Source: Thermoanaerobaculia bacterium
GTDB lineage: Bacteria; Acidobacteriota; Thermoanaerobaculia; UBA5066
NCBI GenBank assembly: GCA_038245905.1
Contig: JBBRRY010000014.1
Coordinates: 20,614 to 84,613 of the forward strand
DNA: 64,000 bases
Reading direction: 5' to 3'
In this document: positions 52,256 to 62,935 of the stretch, in pieces
How the letters are laid out: each line of letters opens with the position of its first letter
How positions within the stretch are numbered: position 1 is the stretch's first letter
The notes under the pieces: model-generated
Databases searched by the model: none
Told to the model about the DNA's origin: nothing
Seen by the model: the letters and a program-made list of their open reading frames with translations, nothing else
Position numbers and translations under genes: made by a program

Positions 52256-55200
52256 ATGGCAAGCAAACGCGACGCGCTCGTAGCTTCGGCCGAGAAGTCC
52301 CTGGCGAAGGGAAAGGTCGATTCCGCTCTCAAGGACTACCAGAAGGTCCTCGAGGAGACGCCGGGCGACGTCAACATCCTGAACAAGGTCGGCGACCTCC
52401 TCACGCGCCTGAACCGGAACGAGGAGGCGATCCCGTATTTCACGAAGATCGCCGAGCACTTCGCGCGGGACGGCTTCTTCCTGCGCGGCATCGCGATCTA
52501 CAAGAAGATCAACCGCCTGGATCCGTCGCGCCTCGACGTGTACGAACGGCTCGCCGAGCTCTACGCCAAGCAGGGCCTCCTCACCGAGGCGAAGAGCCAG
52601 TACCAGGTTCTCGCGGACTATCACGCGAAGAACGACAACGCCGTCGGTGCGGTCGGGATCTACCAGAAGATGGTCCAGACGGATCCGTCGAATATTCAGC
52701 TTCACGTGAAGCTGGCGGACCTTTACACCCAGGCCCGCCGCAAGGTCGACGCCCTGAAGGAATACGCCGTCGTCGCGGCCCTTCTGCGCGAGCGCGGGGC
52801 CATCGACGAGTCGATCCAGGTCTACGAGAAGGCGCTCCAGATGGCGCCGGACAACGCCGAGATCCTGCGGTCGTTCGTCCCGATCCTGCTGACGTCCGGC
52901 CGTGCGAAGGACGCGCGGGCGGCACTGCGCCGCGCGCTCGAAGCCACTCCGCGCTCGGTCCCGCTTTTCCTCATGTCGGCCGAGGCCGCGCTCGCCGACG
53001 GCGACATGACGGACGCCCAGGAATGGCTCTCGAAGGCCCAGTCGATCGAGCCCTCCGGGGCTGAAGTGGTCGCTCTCGCGCTGAAGATCCAGCAGGCCGG
53101 AGGCACGACGATTCTCTCGTTCGAGGCCGCGGCGGTCCTTGCGGATCAGGCGATGCGGCGGGGTGAGGCGAAGAAGGCTCTCTCCATCCTCGCGCCGCTT
53201 GCGGAGGCGAATCCGGGCCGGGAAGACGTGCTCCAGCGCGTCATACAGGTCGCGGAGGCGGCTGGCGACGCGCCCTCGGTGGTCCGCTGGCGGTCGGCCC
53301 TGGTCGATCTCCACAAGGGTCAGGGCCGCATCGGGGATGCCGCCACGGGCCTGAGAGTCCTTCTGCAGCTCGTGCCCGACTCGGCGGAGTACCGGATGAG
53401 GCTCTCGCAGCTGGAGCCGCCGGTCGCCCGGGTCGACGCGGATCGAACCGGGTCGCGGGGCGCTCCGACGATTGCCGTGGTTCCGCCGCTCGAGACGAGC
53501 GGGAAGCGGCCGCGACCCTCCCCCGAGTCGACCGGCCAGAGGCGCCTTCCCGTCGAGCCTGCGGCCCCGATTCCGCCGCCTCCGTCCTTCGCTCCTTCAC
53601 CGGCGGCCCCCAGCGCCACGGAAGGAGAGTTCATTCTCGACTTCGAGGACGATCAGCTCCTCCCTGAGCCGGGCTCGACGGGGCCGATTCCGAACGCCGT
53701 ACGCCGCCTCTCGCAGCCCGGGATGACCTCGTTCGCTCCGCCTCCTTCTCCCGTCACGGTCGTGCCGCCCCGGCTGCCGCTTCCTCCAGCGGAGCGCCTC
53801 GAGAGCGCGGTCGAAGCGGAGCCGGCTCCGGCGCCGCCGTCTCTCGAGGAACCCGGCTTCAACTGGTCCGATGCGCCTCGTCCCGCGCCCCGCGAGACCG
53901 ACCTCGAGGTCTCGGCGGCGCTGCCCGGTGAGGGATTCCGGCCTGCGACCGGATTTGTTCCCCTTCCGGACGAGGGAGACGTCGAGTTCTCCGGCGAGCC
54001 TCTTCCGGCCGTCGAGGCCGCGCCGCCGTCTGCGCCGCCGCACGCGCCGCCGCAGGAGCCCGAAGTCGCCGTGCCCGCCGAGGCCCTTGGCTCGGATGCG
54101 GTCGAGTCCGCGCTCGCCGAGGCCGATGTTTTTCGCAAGTACGGCCTCTACGACAAAGCCGTCGACCATCTTCGCGGAGTCCTGAGGCGCGCGCCGGACA
54201 CTCTTGCGCTCCGGGAGAAGCTCTTCGAGCTTGCGCTCGAGGGCGGGAGGAAGAAAGTCGCGCTCGCCGAGGCCGAGCGGCTGAAGACTCTTTACCGCGC
54301 TGCCGGGCGGGACGACCGCGTCTCGGCGATCGACGCCCTCCTCGTCGAGCGCACGAGTGCCGAGATGGGCGAGGGAACGGATTCTTCGGGCCTTCCCGCC
54401 GCTCTCCGGCAGACGCTTCCACCGTCTACCCCGTCCGTCAAGGTTCCCGAAGTCCCGGCAGCCGACGCGCCGGCGAAGCCCGCGGAGCCGGCTGGAGCGC
54501 CAGAAACGGAACCGCCGGCGGACGAGCTCCTCGAGATCGATTTCTGTCTCGAGCAGGGCATGGTCGTGGACGCTTCCGAGAGACTCCAGGCGCTCGAGCG
54601 GAAGTTCGCCGGACACGCTCAGCTCGTGAGGCGCCGCACGCGGCTCGACGGCGGAGGTGGCGAGGATTCGCGCCCCGCTCTCCGCGACATCCTCTCGGAG
54701 GACTTCGAGTCGGTCCTGGATGCCGAATTAGGGCGCGCGCTCACCGAGGAAATGACGCGCGGGGCCGAGAGCGCGCCTCCGGTGGCGCCGCCGCCTGCGC
54801 CTTCGCCTCCCATGGACGAGTCGGCGCTGTTCTCGGACGAGCAGGAGTTCTTCAACTTCGCGGGCGAGCTGCAGACGGAGATGAAGCAGGAGTCCGGCGC
54901 TCCGGAACCTCCCGAGGTCGGCGGGGGAGACGTCCCGCTCGAGGAGATCTTCCGGGAGTTCAAGAAGGGCGTCGAGCAGCAGCTTTCGCCCGAGGACTAC
55001 GAGACGCACTACAACCTCGGCATCGCGTACAAGGAAATGTCCCTCACCGACGAGGCGATCAGCGAGTTCCAGCGCGCCGCGAAGAGCCCGCAGTACGCGG
55101 TGGAATGCTGCTCGATGCTCGGTTTGTGCTTCCTCGAGAAGGGCCTCCCGCAGCTCGCGATCAAGTGGTACCGCAAGGGACTCGACGCCCCGAACATCCG

Positions 55201-55357
55201 TGAGGACGACCGCCTGGGGCTGCAGTACGACCTCGCGAACATCTATGCTGACACGGGCGATCGCGAGAACGCCTACCGGACGTTCCTGGAGATCTATGGG
55301 TCGAATGCTTCGTTCCGGGACGTCGGCGAGCGGCTGAAGGAACTCGCGCCCGCGTGA
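52256..55357 (+). CDS. Large TPR protein, SgmX-like architecture
   Basis: N-terminal TPR array, Pro-rich linker, EADVFRKYGL motif, C-terminal DYETHYNLGIAYKEM..DEAI.EFQ TPRs. Confidence 0.8.
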   Translation: MASKRDALVASAEKSLAKGKVDSALKDYQKVLEETPGDVNILNKVGDLLTRLNRNEEAIPYFTKIAEHFARDGFFLRGIAIYKKINRLDPSRLDVYERLAELYAKQGLLTEAKSQYQVLADYHAKNDNAVGAVGIYQKMVQTDPSNIQLHVKLADLYTQARRKVDALKEYAVVAALLRERGAIDESIQVYEKALQMAPDNAEILRSFVPILLTSGRAKDARAALRRALEATPRSVPLFLMSAEAALADGDMTDAQEWLSKAQSIEPSGAEVVALALKIQQAGGTTILSFEAAAVLADQAMRRGEAKKALSILAPLAEANPGREDVLQRVIQVAEAAGDAPSVVRWRSALVDLHKGQGRIGDAATGLRVLLQLVPDSAEYRMRLSQLEPPVARVDADRTGSRGAPTIAVVPPLETSGKRPRPSPESTGQRRLPVEPAAPIPPPPSFAPSPAAPSATEGEFILDFEDDQLLPEPGSTGPIPNAVRRLSQPGMTSFAPPPSPVTVVPPRLPLPPAERLESAVEAEPAPAPPSLEEPGFNWSDAPRPAPRETDLEVSAALPGEGFRPATGFVPLPDEGDVEFSGEPLPAVEAAPPSAPPHAPPQEPEVAVPAEALGSDAVESALAEADVFRKYGLYDKAVDHLRGVLRRAPDTLALREKLFELALEGGRKKVALAEAERLKTLYRAAGRDDRVSAIDALLVERTSAEMGEGTDSSGLPAALRQTLPPSTPSVKVPEVPAADAPAKPAEPAGAPETEPPADELLEIDFCLEQGMVVDASERLQALERKFAGHAQLVRRRTRLDGGGGEDSRPALRDILSEDFESVLDAELGRALTEEMTRGAESAPPVAPPPAPSPPMDESALFSDEQEFFNFAGELQTEMKQESGAPEPPEVGGGDVPLEEIFREFKKGVEQQLSPEDYETHYNLGIAYKEMSLTDEAISEFQRAAKSPQYAVECCSMLGLCFLEKGLPQLAIKWYRKGLDAPNIREDDRLGLQYDLANIYADTGDRENAYRTFLEIYGSNASFRDVGERLKELAPA

Positions 55358-55385
55358 GACGCGCCGGGCTCTCCTGAGATCCGCC

Positions 55386-56390
55386 GTGTCCGGCACGGCC
55401 GCTCCGCTTCTTTCCGTCCGCGCCCTCACGATCGCGGTGCCCGGCCCGTCCGGTGAAGAGGTCTCCGCGGTCGACGGTGTTTCGTTCGACGTCGACGCGG
55501 GAGAGATCGTCGCGCTCGTGGGCGAATCCGGGTGCGGCAAGACGCTGACGTCGCTCGCGCTCGTCGACCTCCTGCCCCCGCCGCTCCGCATGGTCTCGGG
55601 GGACGTGCTCTTCGAAGGCCGGGACGTGCACGTGCTCCGTGCCCGCGAGAAGGAACGCCTCCGCGGCGGCGGCATCGGGCTCGTCTTTCAGGAGTCCGCC
55701 TCCGCGCTCGATCCGGTGCGGACGATCGGCAGCGAGCTCGCGGCGGTCATCGTGCGGCATCGTGGGCTGTCGCGCGCGGTCGCCGAGGACGAGGCCGAGC
55801 GCTGGTTGAAGCGCGTCGCGCTGCCGGATCCCGCGCGCCAGATGCGGGCGTATCCGCACCAGCTCTCGGGCGGCATGCGGCAGCGCGTGCTCCTCGCGCT
55901 GGCCCTCGCGGGCGGTCCGCGGCTTCTCGTTGCCGACGAGCCGACGGCCGCCCTCGACGTGACGGTCCAGGCGCAGATTCTGGAGCTCCTCCTCGCTCTT
56001 CGGCAGGAGCTCGCGCTCGCCATTCTCCTCGTCACGCACGATCTGGCTGTCGTCGCGGAAGCCGCCGGCCGAGTGCTCGTGATGTACGCCGGCGAGATCG
56101 TCGAGAGTGCGCCCGTCGACGAGCTCTTTTCGAAGCCCCGGCACCCGTATACGCGGGGGCTGCTGGCGTCGAGGCCGGGACTCGCGCCGGCGGGAGCGCG
56201 GCGCCTCGCGGCGCTCGAGGGCTCGGTTCCCGAGCCGGGCAAGCGGCCTCCGGGATGCGCGTTCGAGCCACGATGTAAGGAGGCCTTCGGACGTTGCTCC
56301 GCGGCGCGCCCGACGCTCGTCCCTTCGGGAGCGGGCTCCGAGGCCGCCTGTTTTCTTCTCGACGAACCAGAGAGGGGGCGCATCCGATGA
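55386..56390 (+). CDS. Oligopeptide/dipeptide ABC ATPase (OppD/DppD type)
   Basis: GESGCGKT, YPHQLSGGMRQR, ADEPT, HPYT, C-terminal GC.F.PRC. Confidence 0.93.
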   Translation: MSGTAAPLLSVRALTIAVPGPSGEEVSAVDGVSFDVDAGEIVALVGESGCGKTLTSLALVDLLPPPLRMVSGDVLFEGRDVHVLRAREKERLRGGGIGLVFQESASALDPVRTIGSELAAVIVRHRGLSRAVAEDEAERWLKRVALPDPARQMRAYPHQLSGGMRQRVLLALALAGGPRLLVADEPTAALDVTVQAQILELLLALRQELALAILLVTHDLAVVAEAAGRVLVMYAGEIVESAPVDELFSKPRHPYTRGLLASRPGLAPAGARRLAALEGSVPEPGKRPPGCAFEPRCKEAFGRCSAARPTLVPSGAGSEAACFLLDEPERGRIR

Positions 56391-57367
56391 GCCTCCGCGT
56401 AGACGCGCCGCTCCTTTCCGTCCGAGACCTGCACAAGACGTTTGAATCGCGGCACGGCCGCGTGACGGTCCTTCGCGGCGTCGCCTTCGATCTCGCGGCG
56501 GGATCCACACTCGCCCTCGTCGGGGAGTCGGGCTCCGGAAAGACGACGACGGCGCGCCTGATTCTCCGGCTGACCGCGGCCGACCGGGGCTCGGTGCAGT
56601 TCGACGGGACGGACTGGCTCGCGCTTCCGCGCCGCGAGCTCGATCGCCGGCGCCGGGAGCTCGGGGTCGTGTTCCAGGATCCCGCAACCTCTCTCGATCC
56701 GCGGCTCACCATCGGAGAGATCGTGGTGGAGCCCCTTGCGATTCACGCGATCGGCTCCCGGGCCTCTCGCCGCGAGAAAGCGGCGGACCTCGTCGCGTCC
56801 GTGGGGTTACCCGCGTCGGCCCTCGTCCGCCATCCGAGCGAGCTCTCGGGCGGTCAGCGGCAGCGTGTGGCCATCGCGCGCGCCCTAGCGACCGAGCCGC
56901 GTCTCGTGGTGCTCGACGAGCCGGTCTCGGCGCTCGACGTCTCGGTCCGCTCCCAGATCCTCAACCTGCTCAAAGGCCTCCAGCAAGACACGCCGTCGCG
57001 TCCGGCGTATCTCTTCATCGGCCACGACCTCGGTGTCGTGAGGTGGATCGCAGACCGCACGGCGGTGATGTACATGGGCCGTATCGTCGAGGAGGCCGCA
57101 ACGGCAGCCCTTTTTTTCTCTCCGAGGCACCCGTACACGGAGCAACTCCTGGCCTCCCGGCCCCGGGACACGCCAGGGCCGAGGGCCGCACCTCGTTTTT
57201 ACTTCGGCGAGCCTCCGTCTCCCGCCGCTCCTCCTTCCGGATGCCCGTTTCACCCGCGCTGCGCCTCGGCACGGCCGGTCTGCTCGCAGGAGGTGCCCGC
57301 CCTTGTCGCGGATCCCGCCGAGGACGGACGAAGTGTCGCCTGCCACGCCCCGCTCGGAGGCGATTGA
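56387..57367 (+). CDS. Oligopeptide/dipeptide ABC ATPase (OppF/DppF type)
   Basis: [34 protein letters not shown]. Confidence 0.93.
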   Translation: MSLRVDAPLLSVRDLHKTFESRHGRVTVLRGVAFDLAAGSTLALVGESGSGKTTTARLILRLTAADRGSVQFDGTDWLALPRRELDRRRRELGVVFQDPATSLDPRLTIGEIVVEPLAIHAIGSRASRREKAADLVASVGLPASALVRHPSELSGGQRQRVAIARALATEPRLVVLDEPVSALDVSVRSQILNLLKGLQQDTPSRPAYLFIGHDLGVVRWIADRTAVMYMGRIVEEAATAALFFSPRHPYTEQLLASRPRDTPGPRAAPRFYFGEPPSPAAPPSGCPFHPRCASARPVCSQEVPALVADPAEDGRSVACHAPLGGD

Positions 57368-57458
57368 CGAGGCCTCGAGGGAAACTTTTTCGCCCCGGTT
57401 CCGTAATGTCTGACGAATGGTCTTCCACTATTATCCTCTTCGGTTTCAGGAGGTTCCC

Positions 57459-59126
57459 GTGAGTCTTGAGCAGAAGTCGGTCGGCCTCGCGCGCACCTGC
57501 CATCGGGCGGCGACGGCGGTCCTCGCCACGGTGCTTTTCGCGGGGGCCTCGTTCGCCGAGGACTCCATTTCGGTACCCGTCGCGTCGAAGGCTCGGAGGG
57601 CGATCCCCCTCCCGGCGGGCGAGAGAATCGAGCTGACCCTTCAGCAGGCGATCCAGCTGACGCTGCAAAACGTGCTCGACCTCGACGTCGCGGCCTACAC
57701 GCTCGAGGAATCTCGTTTCGGGATCCTCTCGGCGCGCGGCGCGTTCGACCCGAACTTCGAGGTCGACCTCGGCCTGACCGACACGAAGTCGCCCACGACG
57801 TCTCGGATCCAGTCTCCCGAATCGAAGACGGCCTTCGGGAACACGTTCCTGACGGGGCTTCTTCCGTACGGCACGACGTACAGCGCCGGCTGGACGAATA
57901 CCCGGCGCGACTCCGAAGTGCCCGGCTTCACGACGGTCAACCCGACGTACAGCAGCAACCTCTCGTTCGGCGTCACGCAGCCGCTCCTTCGGAACTTCGG
58001 GCAAACCGTGAACGAGCGCTTCGTCGTCCAGGCGAAGATCGGCGAGGGCCAGAACGCCTACGGCTTCGTCACGGCCGTGCAGACGGCGGTCCAGACGGCC
58101 GAGAACGCATACTGGGACCTCGTCTACGCCGACGAGAACCTCAAGGCCAAGAAGGAGGCGTTGGACCGGGCCAACGACCTCAACCGGATCACGAGGATCA
58201 AGATCGACGTCGGTGCGCTCGCGCCGATCGACATCGTCCAGACCGAGGTCACGATCGCCCAGCGCGAGCAGGACATCATCATCGCCGAGGGCCTGATCGG
58301 CGACGCGCAGGACCGCCTCCGGCGCCTCCTGAACGTCCAGTCGAATGCGGACTGGAGCCGCCCCATCGTCCCGACGGACCGGCCCACGCGGGAGTCGCTC
58401 CAGACGAGCTTCGTCGCCGACGTGAACCAGGGCTACGAGGCGGCGCTGAAGGCGCGCCCCGAGATCAAGCAGTCCCTCCTGAACATCGAGTCGAGGAAGG
58501 TCACGTACGCGTACTCGAAGAACCAGCTCAGGCCGCGCCTCGATCTCTCGGCTGGCTACGGTTTCGCGGGCCTCGGCGCGAACGCGCTCATCACGAACCC
58601 GGACGGGACCACGGACCAGCTCTCCTACTCGGACGCCCTCAAACAGATCGGCCGCCGGGACTACCCGGCCTGGAACGTCGGCCTCGTTTTCGCCGTCCCG
58701 ATCGGCAACCGCACGGCCAAGGGGAACTCCGCGATCGCGAACGCCGACCTCGAGCTCGCACGTACGAACCACGCAATCGCGAAGGCGAACCTCCAGATCG
58801 AGGTCCGCGCCGCGGCGCGCAACATCGACACGGCCTACCGGAGCGTGCTCGCCTCGCGGAAGGCCCGCGAGCTCGCCGAACGCAACCTCGACGCCGAGAA
58901 GAAGAAGTACGAGAACGGGATGACGACGTCGTTCCAGGTCGCCCAGATCCAGAACGACCTCACGACGGCCGTCACGAGCGAGCTTCTCTCGGTCGCGGTC
59001 TATCTGAAGTCGCAGGTCTCCTGGCACAAGGCGATCGGCGACCTCCTTCCCCGGAAGAACGTCGTCATCGAAGGCCTGCCCGCTTTCACGGCCGCGTCGC
59101 TGGTGGACGAGGGCCCCGCGAAGTGA
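57459..59126 (+). CDS. TolC family outer membrane efflux protein
   Basis: Signal peptide, [27 protein letters not shown]; SD AGGAGG before GTG. Confidence 0.9.
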   Translation: MSLEQKSVGLARTCHRAATAVLATVLFAGASFAEDSISVPVASKARRAIPLPAGERIELTLQQAIQLTLQNVLDLDVAAYTLEESRFGILSARGAFDPNFEVDLGLTDTKSPTTSRIQSPESKTAFGNTFLTGLLPYGTTYSAGWTNTRRDSEVPGFTTVNPTYSSNLSFGVTQPLLRNFGQTVNERFVVQAKIGEGQNAYGFVTAVQTAVQTAENAYWDLVYADENLKAKKEALDRANDLNRITRIKIDVGALAPIDIVQTEVTIAQREQDIIIAEGLIGDAQDRLRRLLNVQSNADWSRPIVPTDRPTRESLQTSFVADVNQGYEAALKARPEIKQSLLNIESRKVTYAYSKNQLRPRLDLSAGYGFAGLGANALITNPDGTTDQLSYSDALKQIGRRDYPAWNVGLVFAVPIGNRTAKGNSAIANADLELARTNHAIAKANLQIEVRAAARNIDTAYRSVLASRKARELAERNLDAEKKKYENGMTTSFQVAQIQNDLTTAVTSELLSVAVYLKSQVSWHKAIGDLLPRKNVVIEGLPAFTAASLVDEGPAK

Positions 59127-59869
59127 GCGACGGGGGCGCCGCCGCCGCCACCGTCCCCGCGGCAGAGCTCCCGATCTCGCCGATCTCGGCGGTCGTCGGG
59201 ACCTTCTCGAGTCCGTCCGAGACGTTCCGGCGCCTCGTCGCCCGGCCGACGTGGTGGTTGCCCTTCCTTCTGAGCCTCGTTCTCGGCACGCTCACGTTCG
59301 TGGTTGCCTCTCCCAAGATCGACCTCGAAGGGACCATTCGGGAGTCCGTCGAAAAGTCCGGTCGTTCGGTTCCGGCCGGCGCGGTCGAGCGGCAGGTCGC
59401 CTTCATGCAGAAATGGTCCGCAGTCGTCACAGCAGGGTTCGTCGTCGTCGGGACCGGCGCGTTCTTCGCCATTGCGTTGATTCTCTGGGGTGCCGCGAAG
59501 ATGATGGGAGCCGACGCGCGGTACCCGCAGCTGCTGGCGATCTGGGGGCACGCCGGACTTCCGAGTGTGATCGGGTCCCTCGTCGCGATTCCCCTCTTCC
59601 TGAGGTTGCCGGACGGCTCGCTCACGCAAGCGGCCGCGCAGAAAGTCTTGGCGTCGAATCTCGGAGCCTTCCTCGACGATTCGGCACCCGCGGCGCTCCG
59701 GACGTTCGGCGGCTCGATCGACATCTTCTCGTTCGCGGTGCTTTTCCTCCTCGTCCTCGGCTTCCGCCGCCTTCCCGGGCTTGGGAGGGGTGCCGCGACG
59801 GCCATTCCGATCGTGCTTTGGGCTCTCTTCGTCGCCGGCAAGGTCGCGTGGCGCGCGGTGATGGGCTGA
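59123..59869 (+). CDS. YIP1 family membrane protein
   Basis: SP.ETF..L..RP.WW.P followed by five TM helices; lies between tolC and an ABC ATPase. Confidence 0.8.
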   Translation: MSDGGAAAATVPAAELPISPISAVVGTFSSPSETFRRLVARPTWWLPFLLSLVLGTLTFVVASPKIDLEGTIRESVEKSGRSVPAGAVERQVAFMQKWSAVVTAGFVVVGTGAFFAIALILWGAAKMMGADARYPQLLAIWGHAGLPSVIGSLVAIPLFLRLPDGSLTQAAAQKVLASNLGAFLDDSAPAALRTFGGSIDIFSFAVLFLLVLGFRRLPGLGRGAATAIPIVLWALFVAGKVAWRAVMG

Positions 59870-59877
59870 GGCGGCCG

Positions 59878-60660
59878 ATGCTCATCGAGATGGTGGATAT
59901 CGAGAAGACGTACTCCGTGGGTGAGGAGAAGGTGCGCGCACTCCGCGGCGTTACGTTCTCGATCGACCGAGGCGAGTATGTGGCGATCATGGGGCCGTCG
60001 GGTTCGGGCAAGTCCACCCTGATGAATTTGATTGGCTGCCTCGATACGCCCACGGGCGGCGTCTACAAGCTCAACGGAACGCCCGTGCAGGAGATGACCG
60101 ACGACGACCTGGCGCGCGTCCGGAACCGCGAGATCGGATTCGTCTTCCAGACGTTCAACCTGCTTGCCCGCACGAGCGCGCTCGCCCAGGTCGAGCTGCC
60201 GCTGGTCTACGCCGGCGTCTCGAAGAAGGAGCGGCGCGAGCGGGCGGAGAAGGCGCTCGCCCACGTCAGCCTTTCGGACCGCGCCCATCACAACCCGAAC
60301 GAGCTTTCGGGCGGGCAGCGGCAGCGCGTCGCGATCGCGCGTGCCCTCGTGACCGGGCCGTCTCTCCTCCTCGCGGACGAACCGACGGGAAACCTCGACT
60401 CGGGAACGGGCGAGGAGATCATGCGGCTCTTCCGGGAGCTGAACGAGCAGGGGAACGCGATCATCATCGTCACGCACGAGGAAGACATCGCGGCCCATGC
60501 GCGCCGGATCATCCGCATCCGCGACGGGCGGATTTCGGAAGATCGGCCGAACGACTCGAGCCGGGCCGAGCTCGTCGCGAAGGCGAAGAGAGACGCGCTC
60601 GAGGGCGCCCTCCAGGAGCCCGCTCCGGTCCCCGCGAACGGCACCGCTCCGCTGGCCTGA
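59878..60660 (+). CDS. MacB/LolD-type ABC ATP-binding protein
   Basis: [45 protein letters not shown]. Confidence 0.94.
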   Translation: MLIEMVDIEKTYSVGEEKVRALRGVTFSIDRGEYVAIMGPSGSGKSTLMNLIGCLDTPTGGVYKLNGTPVQEMTDDDLARVRNREIGFVFQTFNLLARTSALAQVELPLVYAGVSKKERRERAEKALAHVSLSDRAHHNPNELSGGQRQRVAIARALVTGPSLLLADEPTGNLDSGTGEEIMRLFRELNEQGNAIIIVTHEEDIAAHARRIIRIRDGRISEDRPNDSSRAELVAKAKRDALEGALQEPAPVPANGTAPLA

Positions 60661-60681
60661 TCCGCCCGCTACACTCCGCTG

Positions 60682-61554
60682 ATGCTGACGGATGTCTTCG
60701 CGCTGGTGCTCCTCCAGCTCGCGCTCGGCGTGGCGTTCTGGACGGCGGTCACCTCGTCGAAGGATTTGTCGGGGGGATTTTTTGTTCTGCACGCGGGCAC
60801 CGTCGCCATCTGTCTTTCACTCGTGTGGCTGGTGTCAGGCAGTAGAGAAGATTTGCTTGGAAAGGGGATGGCGGCGGAGTCGGTGCCGCTCGTGGCGCCG
60901 CGGTTGCTTCTCCTCGCGGCGCTCGGGGCGGCCATTGCGGCAACGCTTGCGGCGCGCCTGAGCACGCCGGCAGCTCTTACCCTCTCAAAGAAATCTCTCT
61001 TTCTTTCTCTTAGCAGAATCCTCCTCTTCTCGTCTTTCCTCCTCTCTTTCGCCCTTCTCTTCTCACGGCTGAGCGGCGAACCGTTCCTTTCTCGCCGCGG
61101 CCTGGGCCCGCTGTGGCTCTTCGGCGGGCTGCTGCTCGGAGCGCTCCTTTTCGGCGCTGTCGTTTGGGCGATGAATCTCGGGCACTGGTATCTCGTCTCG
61201 TCCTCGATCCCTTTCATCCTTCTCGTGCGGGCGACCGAGGCGTTCGCCGTGCTCGCGGTTCTGCGCACGGCCTACGCTGCGGTCGCCCTCGGCGCCCTCG
61301 CGAGCGTGTCGACCGGCGAGGCGGGGGAGGCGCTCGCGAGCCTTCTCGACCCGATGCGCGACGGTTTCTTCTTCTGGTCGCGCGTGCTGTGGGGTCTCGC
61401 AGCGCCGCTCCTCCTCGCCCCGTTCGTCGTGAAGACAGCGCGGATGAAGTCCAACCAGGCGGCGACGGGCCTTCTCTATGTGGGCCTCGTCTTCGTCCTC
61501 GTGGGCGAGCTTCTCGCTTCCTATCTCACGTTACGGTCGGGACTTCCCGTCTGA
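60682..61554 (+). CDS. Polytopic membrane protein with GHWYL and NQAATGLLY motifs
   Basis: About 8 hydrophobic helices; AMNLGHWYL and SNQAATGLLY look conserved; function unknown. Confidence 0.75.
   Translation: MLTDVFALVLLQLALGVAFWTAVTSSKDLSGGFFVLHAGTVAICLSLVWLVSGSREDLLGKGMAAESVPLVAPRLLLLAALGAAIAATLAARLSTPAALTLSKKSLFLSLSRILLFSSFLLSFALLFSRLSGEPFLSRRGLGPLWLFGGLLLGALLFGAVVWAMNLGHWYLVSSSIPFILLVRATEAFAVLAVLRTAYAAVALGALASVSTGEAGEALASLLDPMRDGFFFWSRVLWGLAAPLLLAPFVVKTARMKSNQAATGLLYVGLVFVLVGELLASYLTLRSGLPV
60845..61062. repeat. Dispersed motif pair in the membrane protein gene (centres 60859/60987)
   Basis: GAGAAGATTTGCTTGGAAAGGGGA ... CTCTTACCCTCTCAAAGAAATCTCTC plus long TC tract; spacing 128. Confidence 0.7.
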
Positions 61555-62713
61555 AGGCGGCGCGCGGCCCGGGGAGCGTGGCCGAGAGCGCGGCCGCGAG
61601 AAGCGGAAGACCCGCGAGAACCGGGAAAACGGCCGCGACCCCCTGACGGTCGGCGAGGGCCCCGAGCAGCGGCACGCCGATGCCCCCGATCCCGATCGCG
61701 AGACCCATTGTCACGCCGCCCGCGATGCCTTCACGCCCGGGCAGGTACTCCTGACCCAGGACCACGGCGACGCTGTAGGTGCCGACCGTGCCGGCTCCGA
61801 TCAGGACGAGGCTGAGGAGACCGGCGGGCCCCGGCGCACGGAGGAAAAAGAGGAGGAGCGGTGCGAGGGGGAGAAGGAAGCCGACGAGAACCGCGCGGCG
61901 GCCGAAGCGATCCGCCAGACGGCCGCCCGCCAGAGTGGCGAGGGCCCCGGCCAGGAGCATCGCCGTCACGGCGAGAGCCGCCTTCTCCTTAGCGACTCCG
62001 CGGACCGTCACGAGATACAGGGGAACGAACGAGACGAGGCCAAAGGCGAACAGAGAGCGGATGACGATGACTCCGGAGAGTCTCGCGAACGCTCCCCATC
62101 GCGGCCGGTCGGCGCCGCCCCGGTCGAGCCGCTGTGTGGCCTGGTGCCTCAGGGGCCGCAGGCGCGGAAGCTCGCGAACGAGGAGAGCCGCCATGAGTCC
62201 GGCGGGCACGATCATCCAGGTCACGCGCGCGACGCCTCCGGACCCCGCCAGGGCCGCGATCGCGACCGGCCCGAGGGCGATGCCGAGGTTTCCCCCCACC
62301 GAAAACACGCTCATGCCGGTCGCGCGGCGCTCGCCGGACGCATAGTTCGCGTAGCGCGCGCTCTCGGGATGGAACGCCGCGACGCCCGCGCCTGAGATCA
62401 GGACCGCGGCGATCGTCGCCGGATAGCTCGTGACGGCGCCGGCGAGCGCGAGGCCGCCTCCCGCGGCGAGGACGCCGAGCGGGATGAGAAAGGGAAGAGG
62501 GCGGCGGTCGGAGAGGTGCCCGAGAAGCGGCTGGATGAGGGAGGAGAGCAGCGTCGCGGCGAGGACGATCCCGCCCGCCGCCGCGTACGTCAGCCCCCGC
62601 TCGGCGATGAGGAACGGCAGCAGCGCTGGCACGGCTCCCTGGTTCATGTCGTTGACGACGTGCCCGGCGGCGAGCCAGGAAAGGGCGCGGCGGTCGAGGG
62701 ACCTGCTGACCAT
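61526..62713 (-). CDS. MFS transporter (Fsr-like)
   Basis: H..ND, QPLLG.LSDR, AAFHPE, FSVGGNLG, GGRLADRFGRR. Confidence 0.92.
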   Translation of the reverse strand: MVSRSLDRRALSWLAAGHVVNDMNQGAVPALLPFLIAERGLTYAAAGGIVLAATLLSSLIQPLLGHLSDRRPLPFLIPLGVLAAGGGLALAGAVTSYPATIAAVLISGAGVAAFHPESARYANYASGERRATGMSVFSVGGNLGIALGPVAIAALAGSGGVARVTWMIVPAGLMAALLVRELPRLRPLRHQATQRLDRGGADRPRWGAFARLSGVIVIRSLFAFGLVSFVPLYLVTVRGVAKEKAALAVTAMLLAGALATLAGGRLADRFGRRAVLVGFLLPLAPLLLFFLRAPGPAGLLSLVLIGAGTVGTYSVAVVLGQEYLPGREGIAGGVTMGLAIGIGGIGVPLLGALADRQGVAAVFPVLAGLPLLAAALSATLPGPRAAFRREVPTVT

Positions 62714-62728
62714 GTGGAGCGAATGGTA

Positions 62729-62935
62729 GAAGAAGATTTTCCTTCGGAAGAAAGAAAGAGAAAAGAGAGAAAAGAAAGATTTCTTTGAAAGTGGAGGAGA
62801 GAGCGGCCATCTAGTGGTGCATGCTCCTTCCGTGCGCGTATCGGTTTATTGCTCCGAATGCATGGAGCGGATCGAGCTGCCCCCGCCCGCCTCGGAGGCG
62901 GCTGGCCAAGTCGAATGCCCTTCTAAGAAATCTTC
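62729..62935. repeat. Dispersed motif: forward copies (centres 62745, 62786) and reverse copy (62924)
   Basis: Long GA tract, AAAGATTTCTTTGAAAGTGGAGGAGAG ... CCCTTCTAAGAAATCTTC; spacing 138. Confidence 0.72.
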
